Source: Eledone cirrhosa
Taxonomy: Eukaryota
Direction: 5' to 3'
NCBI GenBank assembly: GCA_964016885.1
Contig: OZ024743.1
Location: 84,878,001-84,942,000 of the forward strand
Length of the DNA: 64,000 nucleotides
The notes under the pieces are model-generated. The model saw only the letters and a program-made list of their open reading frames with translations. It had not been told where the DNA came from and made no database searches. Both the position numbers and the translations under genes were made by a program. Below, piece by piece: positions 15,231-28,596 of the stretch (within the stretch, counting starts at the first letter, position 1; every line of letters starts with the position of its first letter).

Positions 15231-15629
15231 TGGTGGCTGCCAACTCGTTTTCGAGTACGGCCACTACTTCATATCCATGTAGGAGAACCTCTACCGATGC
15301 GCTGAATGACTGACTTTTTAGTCCAGCCAGCGACTTGAAAACTCTGGTACAAACACTACACTTGTGACAATTATTGACACATAGTGCTAGGCCCATGGTA
15401 CCATGTGACGACAAGTGCAGAGAGATCTCCAGATATAAAGCAATGCCTGTGCCGTGAAGCTTTTATAGTGAGCAAAGGCACTGCACAAAGCCAGTCCCAC
15501 TCTCTTAACCAAGATGATATTTACCAAAAAGAAGAACAAGTCAACATCATTGGATACCATCAGGGTTGCAGGTGTTATATCAGAGTTTTCCTTCTCCTAG
15601 AATTCTGCCTTGACAAAGGCTAAGGGGTC
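15231..15629 (-). mobile_element. Degenerate RTE-type LINE 3' end, different family
   Basis: [16 protein letters not shown] resembles the C-terminal zinc finger of BovB-type RTEs; terminal stem-loop CTCG-AAAA-CGAG next to the microsatellite. Confidence 0.55.
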
Positions 15630-15969
15630 ATACATATACATATATATATATACATACATATACATATATATATACATACATATACATATACATATATATA
15701 TACATACATACATATATATATACATACATATATATATATATATATACATACATATATATATATATATACATACATACACATATATACCTATACATATACA
15801 TACACATATATACATATGTACACATACATACACATATATACCTATACATATACATACACATATATATATATATACATATATACATATGTACACATACATA
15901 CATACATATATACATATGTATACATACATATATATATATATATATATATGTATACATATATATATATAT

Positions 15970-16290
15970 GTTAACCTTGGTCTTCCTCTTCTAGTGTGTC
16001 CATGTAGGGGCTCCCAAAGGAGCACTGAGTGCAATGTCAACTCTGGATGTCGGTGAGCATGTCCAGCCAACCTCAGTCTCCTCTGTGTCACTTTTGAGCT
16101 GACTTTTGGGATGCTCCCATACAGCTCTGAGTTTTTCATCCTCAGTGTATACTGATTAATGTTCAGAGCCATCCTCAGCATTCTCGTGTAGCACCCATCC
16201 ACCATCTGAGTGAGTTTCTTGGTCAGTGTCCAAGTCTCAGACCCATACAGCAGCACAGACTCCACTACACTGGTCTGTTGGAGATGCAGG
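15970..16290 (-). mobile_element. RTE LINE ORF fragment
   Basis: [15 protein letters not shown]...RMLRMALNI...[14 protein letters not shown]...RRGRPRLTY. Confidence 0.85.
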
Positions 16291-16357
16291 ATATGGCAGC
16301 GATAATGAGGGACAGAGACCGCTGGAGAGAACTCGTCCATGGATCTCAGGAATTTTA

Positions 16358-17412
16358 ATATATATATATATATGTATACATATATATATATGTATACATA
16401 CATATATATATATGTATACATACATATATATATATGTATACATACATACATATATATGTATACATACATATATATATATGTATACATACATACATATATA
16501 TGTATACATACATATATATATATGTATACATACATACATATATATGTATACATACATATATATATATGTATACATACATACATATATATGTATACATACA
16601 TACATATATATGTATACATACATACATATATATGTATACATACATACATATATATGTATACATACATACATATATATGTATACATACATACATATATATG
16701 TATACATACATATATACATACATATATATGTATACATACATACATATGTATACATACATATATATGTATACATACATATATATGTATACATACATACATA
16801 CATATATACATACATACATATATATATACATACATATATATATATACATACATATATATATATACATATATATATACATACATATATATATATACATATA
16901 TATATACATACATATATATATATACATATATATATACATACATATATATATACATACATATATATATATACATATATATATACATACATACATATATATA
17001 CATATATATATACATACATACATATATATATACATACATATATATATACATACATATATATATACATACATATATATATACATACATACATATATATGTA
17101 TACATACATACATATATATGTATACATACATACATACATATATATATATATACATACATATATATATATATATACATACATACATCCATATATATATATA
17201 CATCCATATATATATATATACATACATACATCCATATATATATATACATCCATACATCCATATATATATATACATCCATATATATATACATATACATACA
17301 TACATCCATATATATATATACATATACACATCCATATATATACATATACATCCATATATATATACATATACATATATATATATACACATATATACATATA
17401 CATATATATATT
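16358..17412. repeat. TGTATACATACA(TA)n compound microsatellite
   Basis: Direct inspection. Confidence 0.96.
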
Positions 17413-17821
17413 TATATTTATTTTTTTGTATAGTTTATATTATAAAGAGTATATTTATATTTAAATACTTAATAAGTGTTAGTATGTGTTTGTTTAAATG
17501 TGTATATATATGGATATATATATATATACATATATTAAGCTTTTTATTTATTATTATCCATTATATTGTATTCTATATCATCTTGTAATTCTCACATGAT
17601 ATTACCATGTTGCATTTAATGTATTTGTCTTATACTGTTCTTTCAACGTAGGTTTGACATATTACTCGCTTTCTTGCCCGAGAGTCTATATTTGTAACTG
17701 CACAGTTTTAGTTTTAGCATGCTTTTCCTTCATATCTTTCCTAAGCTTTCATGGATATGAATTCCCTATTCTTCTGAGTTTTGGATTGTTCTGGCCGTTA
17801 ATGCTTCTTGTCAATTTACTT

Positions 17822-17862
17822 GCCCTGATGAGTCCTTATTAATGGGACGAAACATTGTAGGC
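17822..17862 (+). ncRNA. Minimal type I hammerhead ribozyme, intact core (Penelope-like element type)
   Basis: GCC-CTGATGA-GTCCT tattaat GGGAC-GAAAC-att-GTA-GGC-taataaa; predicted cleavage after 17859. Confidence 0.8.
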
Positions 17863-18165
17863 TAATAAAGCCTTTTGATGTATTGAAGGCTTCTTTGTTT
17901 ATTTTTATAATTTTTCGGCTCTGTTGTATTACATTGAGCTATATCTTATACTGTCATTTCTATAATATGACGAGTGTGTTTTACTCCAACGCACTCTAGT
18001 ATTTTAATTCTTATACATATATATATATATATATATATAAACATTTATATATAAACATATATAAACATTTATATATAAACATATATATATATATATATAA
18101 ACATATATATATATATATATATATATATAAACATTTATATATAAACATATAAACATTTATATATA

Positions 18166-18213
<48 letters not shown>

Positions 18214-18705
18214 CATATATACATTATATATATACATATTATATATATACATATATATATATACATATATACATTATATATATACATATATATATATACA
18301 TATATACATTATATATATACATATATATATATACATATATAAACATATATATATACATATATATATATACATATATAAACATATATATATACATATATAT
18401 ATATACATATATAAACATATATATATACATATATATATATACATACACATATACATACATATACACATATATATACACACATATACATATACATACACAT
18501 ATACATATATATACACACATACATATACATATACACATATACATATATATATATATACACATATACATAATATATCCAAACCCATGCAAGTGTGGAAGAT
18601 GGACGTTAAACGATGATGATGATGATATATATATATACACATTTATATATATATACATACACATACATATATATATACACACATATATATATATATACAT
18701 ACAAT

Positions 18706-19011
18706 GGAGGCACATGGCTTAGTGGTTAGAGCATTGGCCTTGCAATCGAAAGGTTGTGAGTTCAATTCTCAGACCGAGCGATGTGTTGTTTCCTTGAGCA
18801 AGACACTTTATTTCACATTGCTCCAGTTTACTCAGCTGTAGAAGTGAGATGATAGGGACGGGTCCATATTCCACTGCAAAGTGGTCGTGGAAGTGCCACG
18901 GCAAAAAAGCACCCAACACTCACTGTAAATGAGGTTGGTGTTAGGAAGGGCATCCAGCTGTAGAAATCAAGCCAGAATCAGTTCCCGTCCCACCCTTGCA
19001 AGCAGGGAAAA
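18706..19011 (+). mobile_element. SINE family 1, 3' end replaced by CR1
   Basis: A/B boxes and core as in the 21381 copy; lacks the final CGGACGTAAAA(TGA)n. Confidence 0.88.
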
Positions 19012-19832
19012 GTGCACCACCATGCATTTTGGCAGCAACAACCCAGCGTTCACATACTCACTCCACAGCACTAATATCAAGAAGTCTTCTTGTGAACGTG
19101 ACCTGGGCATTACGGTCAGCAGCGATTTGCGTTGGACGAAGCACGTCTCTAAAATTGTCAAGAGGGCCAAGGGTGTCTTAGCATCACTCAGCACGACCTT
19201 TGTCAGCCGCTCTCCAGATATCTATTTAAGGCTGTACATGGCTATGGTGCGGCCACACTTAGAATTTGCATCACCAGTCTGGACATTGCTCAGGACATTG
19301 ACCGCCTGGAAACTGTTCAGAGACGTGCAACCAAGCGAATATCCTTCATCAGGCATCTACCATACTCTGAGCGCCTTGCTTCCCTGGGCATGGATACATT
19401 GAAGCTCCGACGCCTGGCAACTGACTTGGTAAACACCCACAAAATTGTTAACCATCTCGCCAACAACAACCCTGAGTACCTTTTTGACTTCCATGTGTCT
19501 AACACACGTGGACATGCCCACAAATCAGAAAACAGCACAGTCTCCATGACTTTCGGAAGCATCTTTTCATGCTCAGAGTTGCTGAAGCATGGAACAAACT
19601 ACCTGCATCAATTGTTAGCTGTCGAGACACTGCATCCTTTAAAACCTCCATGCTTCCCGAGATTCGCCAACACTACAGCTAATGTTCCCCCTCCATACAC
19701 ATACACATGTTTACCATGACACTCACACTATTCACTTCCCTGACATTTGTGTATTATTCGATGTACTATACATACACCTTTGACGAGTTGTAGTGCACCT
19801 GAGCACTTTACACAATAATTTCATTATTATTA
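19011..19832 (+). mobile_element. CR1-clade LINE, 5'-truncated
   Basis: KCTTMHFG...ERDLGITVSSDLRWTKH...LYMAMVRPHLEFASPVW...LETVQRRATK...TRGH, then 3'UTR and (ATT)n tail. Confidence 0.88.
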
Positions 19833-19887
19833 TATACATACATACATATACATATATATACATATATATATATATACATACATATAC

Positions 19888-19923
<36 letters not shown>

Positions 19924-19925
19924 AT

Positions 19926-21180
19926 ATCATCATCATCATCAACGTTTAACGTCCGTGTTCCACGCTTGCATGGGTTTGGACGGGGGTATTCCCACTTGAG
20001 GCAAGAGTGATTGTCTTGCTCGCATAGGACTCTCTGGCAGGTTTTCTACAGTTGGATGCCCTTCCTAACACCAACCACATTTACAGTGTGGGACTGGGAG
20101 GTTTTTACCGTGTTGCCTACACGGCCACATTACAGCGTGGACTGTGTTTTTTTGTCGTGACACCTACACGATCTCATTTGTTTCGGCCTGGATGTTGTGG
20201 CACCAACATAACTTTACATAGGAGGGGGTGGTGTGGATGAGGTGTGGGTGGTGGGACGGGGGTGTATTTTGTTAGAGATGCCTACTGGCTGTAGTAGGTT
20301 TTACTATGTATTTAGGTAAGGCGGATCTTCTCTATTACTGAGTACCGCCAAAGGTCTCGGTCCAGTGACATTGTCTTGGAGAGGTGTAAGTGTGTGAGGT
20401 CGGAGTTTATCAGCTCGTCCCAGGATTTTCTAGGTCCGCCTATTCCGTGGCTACCGTCTATCTTTATTGCCCTGCACTTTGTTATACAGCTATCGACTTT
20501 CATGCGCATCATGTGTCCGTACCAACGTAGCCTTCTCTCGAGTAAACAACATCTAATCCCTCTTATTTCTAATTTTTTCCTTAGTTCGTTTATGCTTTGC
20601 CGTTCACGTATATTACTATTACACATCCAGCGGAGCATGCAAGCTTCGTTCCTCTCTAGTCTGCGTATATCCTTTGCGCACAATGCCCAGGTCTCACTGC
20701 CATGCAACATTGCTGTTCGTATGCAGGCATCATACAACCTGCCTTTCATTTTTAGGGAGAACCCTTTAGCGGCTAATAGTGGTATAAGCTCTCTGAACTT
20801 TTTCCAACCAGTTCTGACTCTAGCTACAGTACTTTCGGAGCACCCTCCCCCACTGCTGATTTTGTCATCCAGGTAACGGAAGCTGTCCACTATTTCTATA
20901 GAGCCCTCTGCGCAATTGAAAGAGTTAGTATTTTGTGGGCACTCGCTGCTACTTATTGCACCAGAGCACCGCCCACATGTAAAATCTAAGTTCTTAGTTA
21001 GCTTACCTGTGATCCCACATCTTTTATGCACCCATACTTTGCATTTGGGACATAAAATGGAGTTTCTACCTACGCCTTTCCTACACACTGAGCATGGCCA
21101 TTTCCCGGAAGCGACCGCCACCTTATTTTCTTTCCTACAAACTAGAACTTTAGTCTTAGTCAGGTTAATTTTAAGGCCTT
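19926..21180 (-). mobile_element. RTE-clade LINE, 5'-truncated
   Basis: ORF 20312-21121 with PHD finger and RTE C-terminus; (GAT)n tail. Confidence 0.95.
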
Positions 21181-21380
21181 ATATATATACATACATATAC
21201 ATACATACATACACATACATACATATATATACATATACATACACACATACATACACATATACACACACATATATATACATACATACATACACATATACAT
21301 ACATACATATACATACATACACACATATATACATACACATATATATATATACATACACACATATATACATACACATATAT

Positions 21381-21716
21381 GGAGGCACATGGCTTAGTGG
21401 TTAGAGCATTGGGCTTGTAATCGAAAGGTTGTGAGTTCAATTCTCAGACCGGGTGATGTGTTGTTTCCTTGAGCAAGACACTTTATTTCACATTGCTCCA
21501 GTTTACTCAGCTGTAGAAATGAGATGATAGGGACTGGGGTCCATATTCCACTGCAAAGTGGTCGTGGAGGTGCCACGGCAAAAAAGCACCCAGCACTCAC
21601 TGTAAATGAGGTTGGTGTTAGCAAGGGCGTCCAGCTGTAGAAATCAAGCCAGAATCAGTTCCCGTCCCACCTTTGCAAGCAGGGAAAAGCGGACGTAAAA
21701 TGATGATGATGATGAT
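21381..21716 (+). mobile_element. SINE family 1, full length
   Basis: GGAGGCACATGGCTTAGTGG head, B box, core, RTE-like tail and (GAT)n. Confidence 0.9.
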
Positions 21717-21754
21717 ATACACACACATATATATATACATACATACACACACAT

Positions 21755-22222
21755 ATCATCATCATCGTTTAACGTCCATCTTCCACGCTAGCATGGGTTT
21801 AGACGGGAATTTTCTCACTTGATGCAAGCTTGGTTGTCTTGCTCGTATAGGACTGTCTGGCGGGTATTCTACGGCTGGATGCCCTTCCCAACACCAACCA
21901 CGTTTACAGCGTAGACTGGAAGGTTTTTACCGTGCTACCTCCATGGCCACATTACAGCGTGGACTGTGTTTTTTTGTCGTGACACCTACACGACCTGATT
22001 TGTTTCGGACTGGATGTTGTGGCACCAACATAACTTTACATCGAAAGGGGGTGGTGTGAATGGGGTGGGGGTGTATTTTGGTAAGAGGTGCCTACTGACT
22101 GTAGGTTTCGCTTTGTACTTAGGCAAGGCGGGACTTCTGTATTACTGCGTAGCGCCAAAGATCTCGGTCCAGTGACATTGTCTTGGAGAGGTGCAAGTGT
22201 GTGAGGTAGGAATTTATCAAAT
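21755..22222 (-). mobile_element. RTE LINE 3' fragment
   Basis: PRKTWDDLIN...SLDRDLWRY plus 3'UTR. Confidence 0.9.
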
Positions 22223-22949
22223 CGTCCCAGGTTTTTCTGGGTATACATACATATACATACATATATATATATACATACACATATATACATACATACACAC
22301 ACACCCTGGTATGGACTGAACCAGTCTACCAGCATTATACAATATAGCTGACATGGAAACAGAGGGTTGGGTGTTTATTTTCACTGAATTGTTCTGCCTG
22401 TGTGTGTTTATGGAAAAGAGAGAAAGAGTAGCTCCTTCTTCACCATAGGAAGTGATCGGTGTGTGTATGGAAGAGGATGAATGAGTGAAAGAGAAAGAGG
22501 GTAGCACCTTCTTCCTCATAGGAAGCAAATTAGTGATGACCAGTGAAGAAATCAGCAGAGACACGTTGTAAAAGGTGGGAAATAACACAACCAGTGGAAC
22601 TAGAATGGTCAGGAAGGTAGGACAATTAAATTAAATAAATAAATAAGGAAAAATATAACTTTACAAACAAAACAAAATATCTTTAAAATAATAGTAATAA
22701 GGTAATATTGAATACACAAGGGAAAGATTAAATCTAAAAATAAAATAATAATAATAAAAAAAAAAAAAAAAAACGAAAATCGGTTAGTAAAAATAAAATA
22801 AAAATCATAAGTAACATTATTTCCAAATAATTGCTGTCTTGTTTCTTGTGTCATTTAAATTGCTAGAATTTAGAGGGGGGAAAAGATGAAATTAGGTAGA
22901 AAATACAACAAAGGTGACAACAGCAAGAAGAAGGCAAATGCAAACCAAC

Positions 22950-23083
22950 CTTTTGAAGTTCGTCAAGCTCGTTAGAACAACTGCCGCCACTCATAGCTTC
23001 TTCCTCTTCTAATGTCCGCTCATCATCATAACCTTCGTGCTTCATCATGTCACGAGTAGGAGCAAAATCTTGGTCCCGGTTGT
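22950..23083 (-). CDS. MIER1: MIER-family coding exon 3 (DNRDQDFAPTRDMMKHEGYDDERTLEEEEAMSGGSCSNELDELQK)
   Basis: TAG acceptor, AAG|GTTGGT donor, 134 nt, phase 1 to 0. DDERTLEEEE is the hallmark MIER acidic motif. The next exon (expected EGxMP) was not found in 1-22949, so the gene continues off-window. Confidence 0.92.
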
Positions 23084-23184
23084 CTAATAGAGGGACACAA
23101 GGGATTGGACAAACAGAAAGATTATGTTATCAGAGTATCAACTAAGTGACAACACATGAAAACAAGGGTTCATTTATATATAAT

Positions 23185-23385
23185 AATTGTTTCTACTTTT
23201 GGTACAAGGCCAGCAACTTGAAGGGGTGGGGAAAGTTGATTAAATTGAACCCAGTGCATTACTGGTACTTATTTTATCAACCTGGTAAGGATGAAAGGCA
23301 TAGCTAACCTTGGTAGGAAAGAACATGAAGGGCTGTAACTATATGCTGTCTAATGCACTACCTATACTGCCAATCCACTACCTTA
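23185..23385 (-). mobile_element. Degenerate SINE family 3 (Deu/Nin-type core)
   Basis: Reverse complement contains GCCTTTCATCCTTACCAGGTTGATAAAATAAGTACCAG. Confidence 0.7.
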
Positions 23386-24471
23386 CAATATAATAATAAA
23401 AAAAAGATACATATCTATCTAGGCTGACTGCCAGGTTCATCCTGAGCACCACAGATGACAACCTGTTGCATGGTTGGGTTGCTGACGACTAAACTGGCAA
23501 CCTCACCAAGCAGGCTTGGTGAGGAAGGTGGTTTTTGGATACCCCATGGGATGAAAAACAAAAGCTGTCAAAGGGCAGAGGAACTTAGGGTTAATGACTA
23601 TCCAATAGTGTGTATATATGTTTGTACATATATGATTAAGTACCTTGTTGTAGTGGAGTGGCTTATGTGCTCTTTTGATTCTGAGGGTTATACTGGTAGG
23701 AGTCTAACACCTGTTAAGTCCAAATATACTAGTCAGGCTGAAAGGTACTAGCTAGATTAAACCTTAATCACCAGAGGAGTATACCTTAACGAAAAAAAAA
23801 AAAAAAAAATGTATATCTCACCATGGGATGGCAGCAGCATGGTTAATGTGCAACATCAGTTAAGGAACTAGAGTTAAATCAACGGTGATTTACACTAAAT
23901 GTTGGATGGTAGAACGTCATGTCAATAGTCAGGATCAAAAGATTTCAGTAAGTGAAAGACTGTAATATGTATTGTTGAATAGCACCAGATGTACGTATCA
24001 AAGAGCAAACAAAACTCATTATGTTGGAACAAGTTAACAGCACTAGAGTTAAAGCCTGGTTGCTTTAGTTATTTTGGCTAATTGACAGTGAAAAGATGAA
24101 GATGCAACCTTAAATCCGAAAGAGAGGGCTGCATCATATAGAAATGGAGAAAAACAAGGCCATTTTCTCAGTTGCAAGAAGCTAATCAACATTTCAACAA
24201 TCAAAATAAGGATTTAATTTATTCCCGTTTAGAAAAGATAGGCATTAACTCTTAATAACACCTGAGACTGGCTCTGTTTGTTTTGAATTGTTTATAATTT
24301 TCTAAAAGTCTTCCATCATAATTTTACATAAAAATATTTGTTTAATTATGCCCTACCTAAACACCAGCTTAATAATGAGAAACTTAATTATATTACTAAA
24401 TCCCAACAAGTTCTTGTTTATTTTCAAAATTATTTGAAAATCACAGCCATATAATTTGGAGAGATTTAGTA

Positions 24472-24630
24472 ATACAGGTAAAATTCTGCAATAACAAATT
24501 TTTCAGTATAACAACATTTTTTCAGTCCCGAGGGTAATAACAAACAAATGTTCGATTTGTTTTGGTCGATCTCGTTATAAAGAATTTTTCGTTACATCTG
24601 TGAATTTATTTATAATGGAATTTCACTGTA
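24472..24630. mobile_element. Tc1/mariner (pogo/Tigger)-like MITE
   Basis: TA-CAGGTAAAATTC...GAATTTCACTG-TA termini, nested inside another AT-rich MITE. Confidence 0.55.
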
Positions 24631-25046
24631 TAACTAACCTCCTCATTATTAAGCTGGTGTCTAGAACATAGCTTAAAGGTTCTTGCATAAAATTATGGTG
24701 GAAGATTTTAGATAAACATTTTAAATTAAAGAGTTTTGAAAATAATCACGAATTTTAGGGATTTAGTAATATAATTTCCTTATTAAGATGGTGTTTGGAA
24801 CAAGGGTTTTTACATAAAATTATGGTGAAAGGTCCACTTTGTGAGGTGGTAGAGTTAGTGCCATGTAAAAAGCTCCCAGTACATGATATAAAGTGATTGG
24901 CATTAGGAAAGGAATCCAGCTGCAGAAACAAAACCCAAAACAGAGCATACAAACAAAACACAACCAGCTGATCTGTCTAGCCTCAGAACCCGTATAACGC
25001 ATGGAAAATAGATGTTATAAGGAAATGATGCTGACATATACTTTAA

Positions 25047-25200
25047 CACTTTAGCATTTACATTACTCTATATTTACTATTGTATTTTCATAGTAAAGGT
25101 TTTACCTCACATAATATCGAATCTATGAGATTTTGATATTATTTATTTTGAGAATAACACCTTAACATCAGTATGAGCAGCCGGTTTAAATGCTAAAGAG
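25047..25200. mobile_element. piggyBac-type MITE
   Basis: TTAA flanks, CTTTAGCATTTA/TAAATGCTAAAG TIRs; homologous to 248-419. Confidence 0.78.
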
Positions 25201-25457
25201 TTAAAACAGTTTCCTAATGCAGAACCAAATCAGTTCCAGGTGGTTTGGTATAAAAAAGGTTAAATGACTGTTGCACCTCTTAATTAAACTGACTGTTATA
25301 TAGCAGCCTTACCTGGTGTACCCACTTCATTCTATTTTGCCCCACTCCACTTCACTTATATCAAACACTATTCAATCTATCTTCACTTTAAACTGGATGT
25401 CCTTCCTAATGCCAACCAGTGTATCCAGTAAACAAGATGATGAGCAATAAAGTTTAA

Positions 25458-25606
25458 TCCTTTTGTGAACATATTTCTAATGAAATACACTATTACAATT
25501 GATAAAGAATTTATTTCACTAAATCCCTCTAAATACTAGATTATTTTAAAAATTAATTGAAATCTATGAACAATATATTTCATTGGAAATTTGTTCACAA
25601 AAGAGG
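25458..25606. mobile_element. piggyBac-type MITE, second family
   Basis: TTAA flanks and CTTTTGTGAACA/TGTTCACAAAAG TIRs. Confidence 0.65.
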
Positions 25607-25688
25607 TTAACCTCTTTCATACGAACCTGCAGAAAAACCAGCAATGGTCCTAAGAAACAAAACGATATGTTAAGGTACTACCTTAGTA

Positions 25689-26044
25689 ATGGCTTAGTGG
25701 TTAGAGCATTGGGCTTGCAATCGAAAGGTTGTGAGTTCAATTCTCGGGCCAGGTGATGTGTTGTTTCCTTGAGCAAGACACTTTATTTCACATTGCTCCA
25801 GCTTACAGGACTGGGGCCCCTATCATTCCACTGCAAAGTGGTCGTGGAGGTGCCACAGCAAAAAAGCACCCAGCACTCACTGTAAATGGGGTTGGTGTTA
25901 GGAAGGGCATCCAGCTGTAGAAATCAAGCCAGAATCAGCTCCTGTATGAGCAAGACAAGGTCAGCCGACCGGACACTGCCCACAACAGGACAACCCGTCT
26001 AACCCATGCTAGCGTGGAAGAACGAACGTAAAACGATGATGATG

Positions 26045-26046
<2 letters not shown>
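25689..26046 (+). mobile_element. SINE family 1, long-tail variant
   Basis: A/B boxes, core, extended RTE-like tail and (GAT)n. Confidence 0.88.
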
Positions 26047-26106
<60 letters not shown>

Positions 26107-26110
<4 letters not shown>

Positions 26111-26317
26111 GTCGATCGACTTTCTTTCGTCAAATCGGACCGAGGAAACCATGTTTCTGTTGGTCTTTCCAATTGCTAATATTATCTACTGGTCGCAACT
26201 CCTGGTAGAAGGAGCAACATGAAATAAAGTGTCTTGCTCAAGAACATCGCCGGTCCAGGAATCGAACTCACAACCTCACGATCCAATTCTCTATTCACTC
26301 AGCCATGCGCCTTCACA
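26107..26317 (-). mobile_element. SINE family 2
   Basis: TGTGAAGGCGCATGGCTGAGTG head, GAGTTCGATTCC B box, CTTGAGCAAGACACTTTA core; flanked by (TA)n. Confidence 0.82.
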
Positions 26318-28184
26318 ATATATATATATATATATATATTTTGATAGGTATGGATGGGACTAAATGTAGACTATTGGTGGGTGTAATGTATAGGGTACTG
26401 ATGGTAGTGAAGTTAAGACTGGTACTAGATAGCAACTGGAATAAATTGAACATACGACATAGAATGCTGATGTCTGGTTACTAGAACTTTTTGATACTAG
26501 AATGCTCTGGATTTATGATAGAGAACTTATTCATTTGAAAATGTTTATCCTTAGTCAGATCCTTCCTAATGGAAAATTTAGACATTAAATTCTTCCAAAC
26601 TTTTGGTTATTTTAAAAATTAATTGTAATACATAAATAGTATATTTCATTATAAATATAATAGACCATAAAACTTGTAGTAGTGAATAAACTGATAGAGA
26701 GATAAATAGAGGTTTAGATGGACATTAGAAAAAAATGAGTAACATTTGAAAAAAATGAGTAAAGAAAAAATATATAAAAAAAAAACAAAAAAAAAAAACT
26801 GGATATTACAACTACTGTGAAACATTGGCTATTACAACATTCGTCTCAATTTAGGCACATGGTCGGTAATTGTGGAGGACGAGGAAGTCGATTCGATTAT
26901 AACAGAACAGGCCTTGGGCTAAAACAACACCAAGATTGTATAGCAATACACTTCCTCTTGTAAAACAATTGTGAAATCTTAACGAACGACATTAAAATTA
27001 ATCTTTTCCCTCCTTTTAATTCTAAATCAAACAACGGAAATAACATCATTTCTGGAGAACTGGTGAAATTTCTTCGAAATCTGTCGAACTTTGGGACTGT
27101 CTCTCACACATACAACAAATACTAAAACTACACAAACTGACGTTGCTCGACATGTGAGAACTAGCGGCTTAATCTCATTCAAATTACACTGTTGTCTTAA
27201 TGTAGTCCTAAATACACTGAACTGAAGGTAGGATGGTCACGGTGGAAACACTTTTGATCAGTCATTGACTTGTGCCAAATTAAACACCGCTCAACGATAT
27301 ACTATACAACAAGCAAAAAGGCAGTTCCTATGACCTCATTAGACATGCTAGAAATAGCAGCCAAATATACATTCATATCATTACATCCCATACTGCCTTA
27401 AAAAAAAGGAAGGGGAATAAAGGACACATTGGATAATTCAGACCTAGATATGCCGTTTAAATAACAAAAATAAATAAAAGTAAAGATACGAGATGGTCAC
27501 AACCGGAACGGATTTCATAATAAGCCTTGTTTGACCAGAGTTGACGTGGATCTAAACAACTTCAAAAGTGGAGCCATTTACATGTAAGAGGTTAAAATAA
27601 GGGCAAAACACAAATACTGGAATACACATACATACACTAAGCATTGAATATTGTTTAGTATACTTAAATTAAACATTTGCTTCGCGGCGAGTCAACTCCC
27701 ATTGACAAAAAAAAAATCTATCATCAATAGGAGTCCATACATGACCATCGCAGCTGATAATCGAAGCAAAATGCACCTAGGCTCACATTATCGGCTATTA
27801 TTGACAGTAAATCTCGAAATAAGAAACATGAAAATATCTAGTCATTTCGCATGCTCCAGTGTTTATACACACGCGTGTGTAGGAACTTTTATCATAATCC
27901 AATGAACCCAGTGAATCTGATATTTCCGTTTTATTTCGAGCCTATGATTATCACGTTACCCAAATAAAAGAAAAACCAACGGTAGGGCCTTAATCCCGGG
28001 AGATTTGGCTGGTGTTGATAGCGGACCGAACGACAAGAGGCTTGTTATATATGTGTGGAAGAACGAAGGGCTGGTGATAATAATCAACAAAAATAGTCCC
28101 TCATTAAATAAAGCTATATTTGTGCAGTCCCGTTTTGATTTTAACAGTAAACAATACAAGATATATATATATACACACACACAG

Positions 28185-28245
<61 letters not shown>

Positions 28246-28596
28246 TTAATTAATAGAACAGCCTGTCTAATTAATATATAACGCAGGCCAGCTAATTATT
28301 CCTACTACTCCAACTCTTTGTTTCTATATCCCCAAACACCAGCTCCCTATATATCCTTAGGCAAAAGACCTGTGCTGTTATTTCTATTCTTTCATATCAG
28401 ACATTGTACCGAGATTTCACCGCCAAACAAAGAAAGCCAAATGTTGTTGACATTGTGGACAAACTGGAGACTGCGAGTTCGTTCCGATAGTACAGTGTTG
28501 TGTACATATACATATATATAGTAAGACGAGTATGTGGTGCTGTGTATACATACACACACTCTCATAAAGATAGGCGTGTACGTGGTGTTATGCGCG

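Noticed and set aside
21381-21455. tRNA-like sequences with A and B boxes
   Set aside because: SINE heads; no proper acceptor stem, and they continue into SINE bodies.
22400-22525. Duplicated motif reading SYGEEGAT/SYEEEGAT as a possible MIER exon 4
   Set aside because: No EGxMP motif or clean splice sites; a local degenerate duplication.
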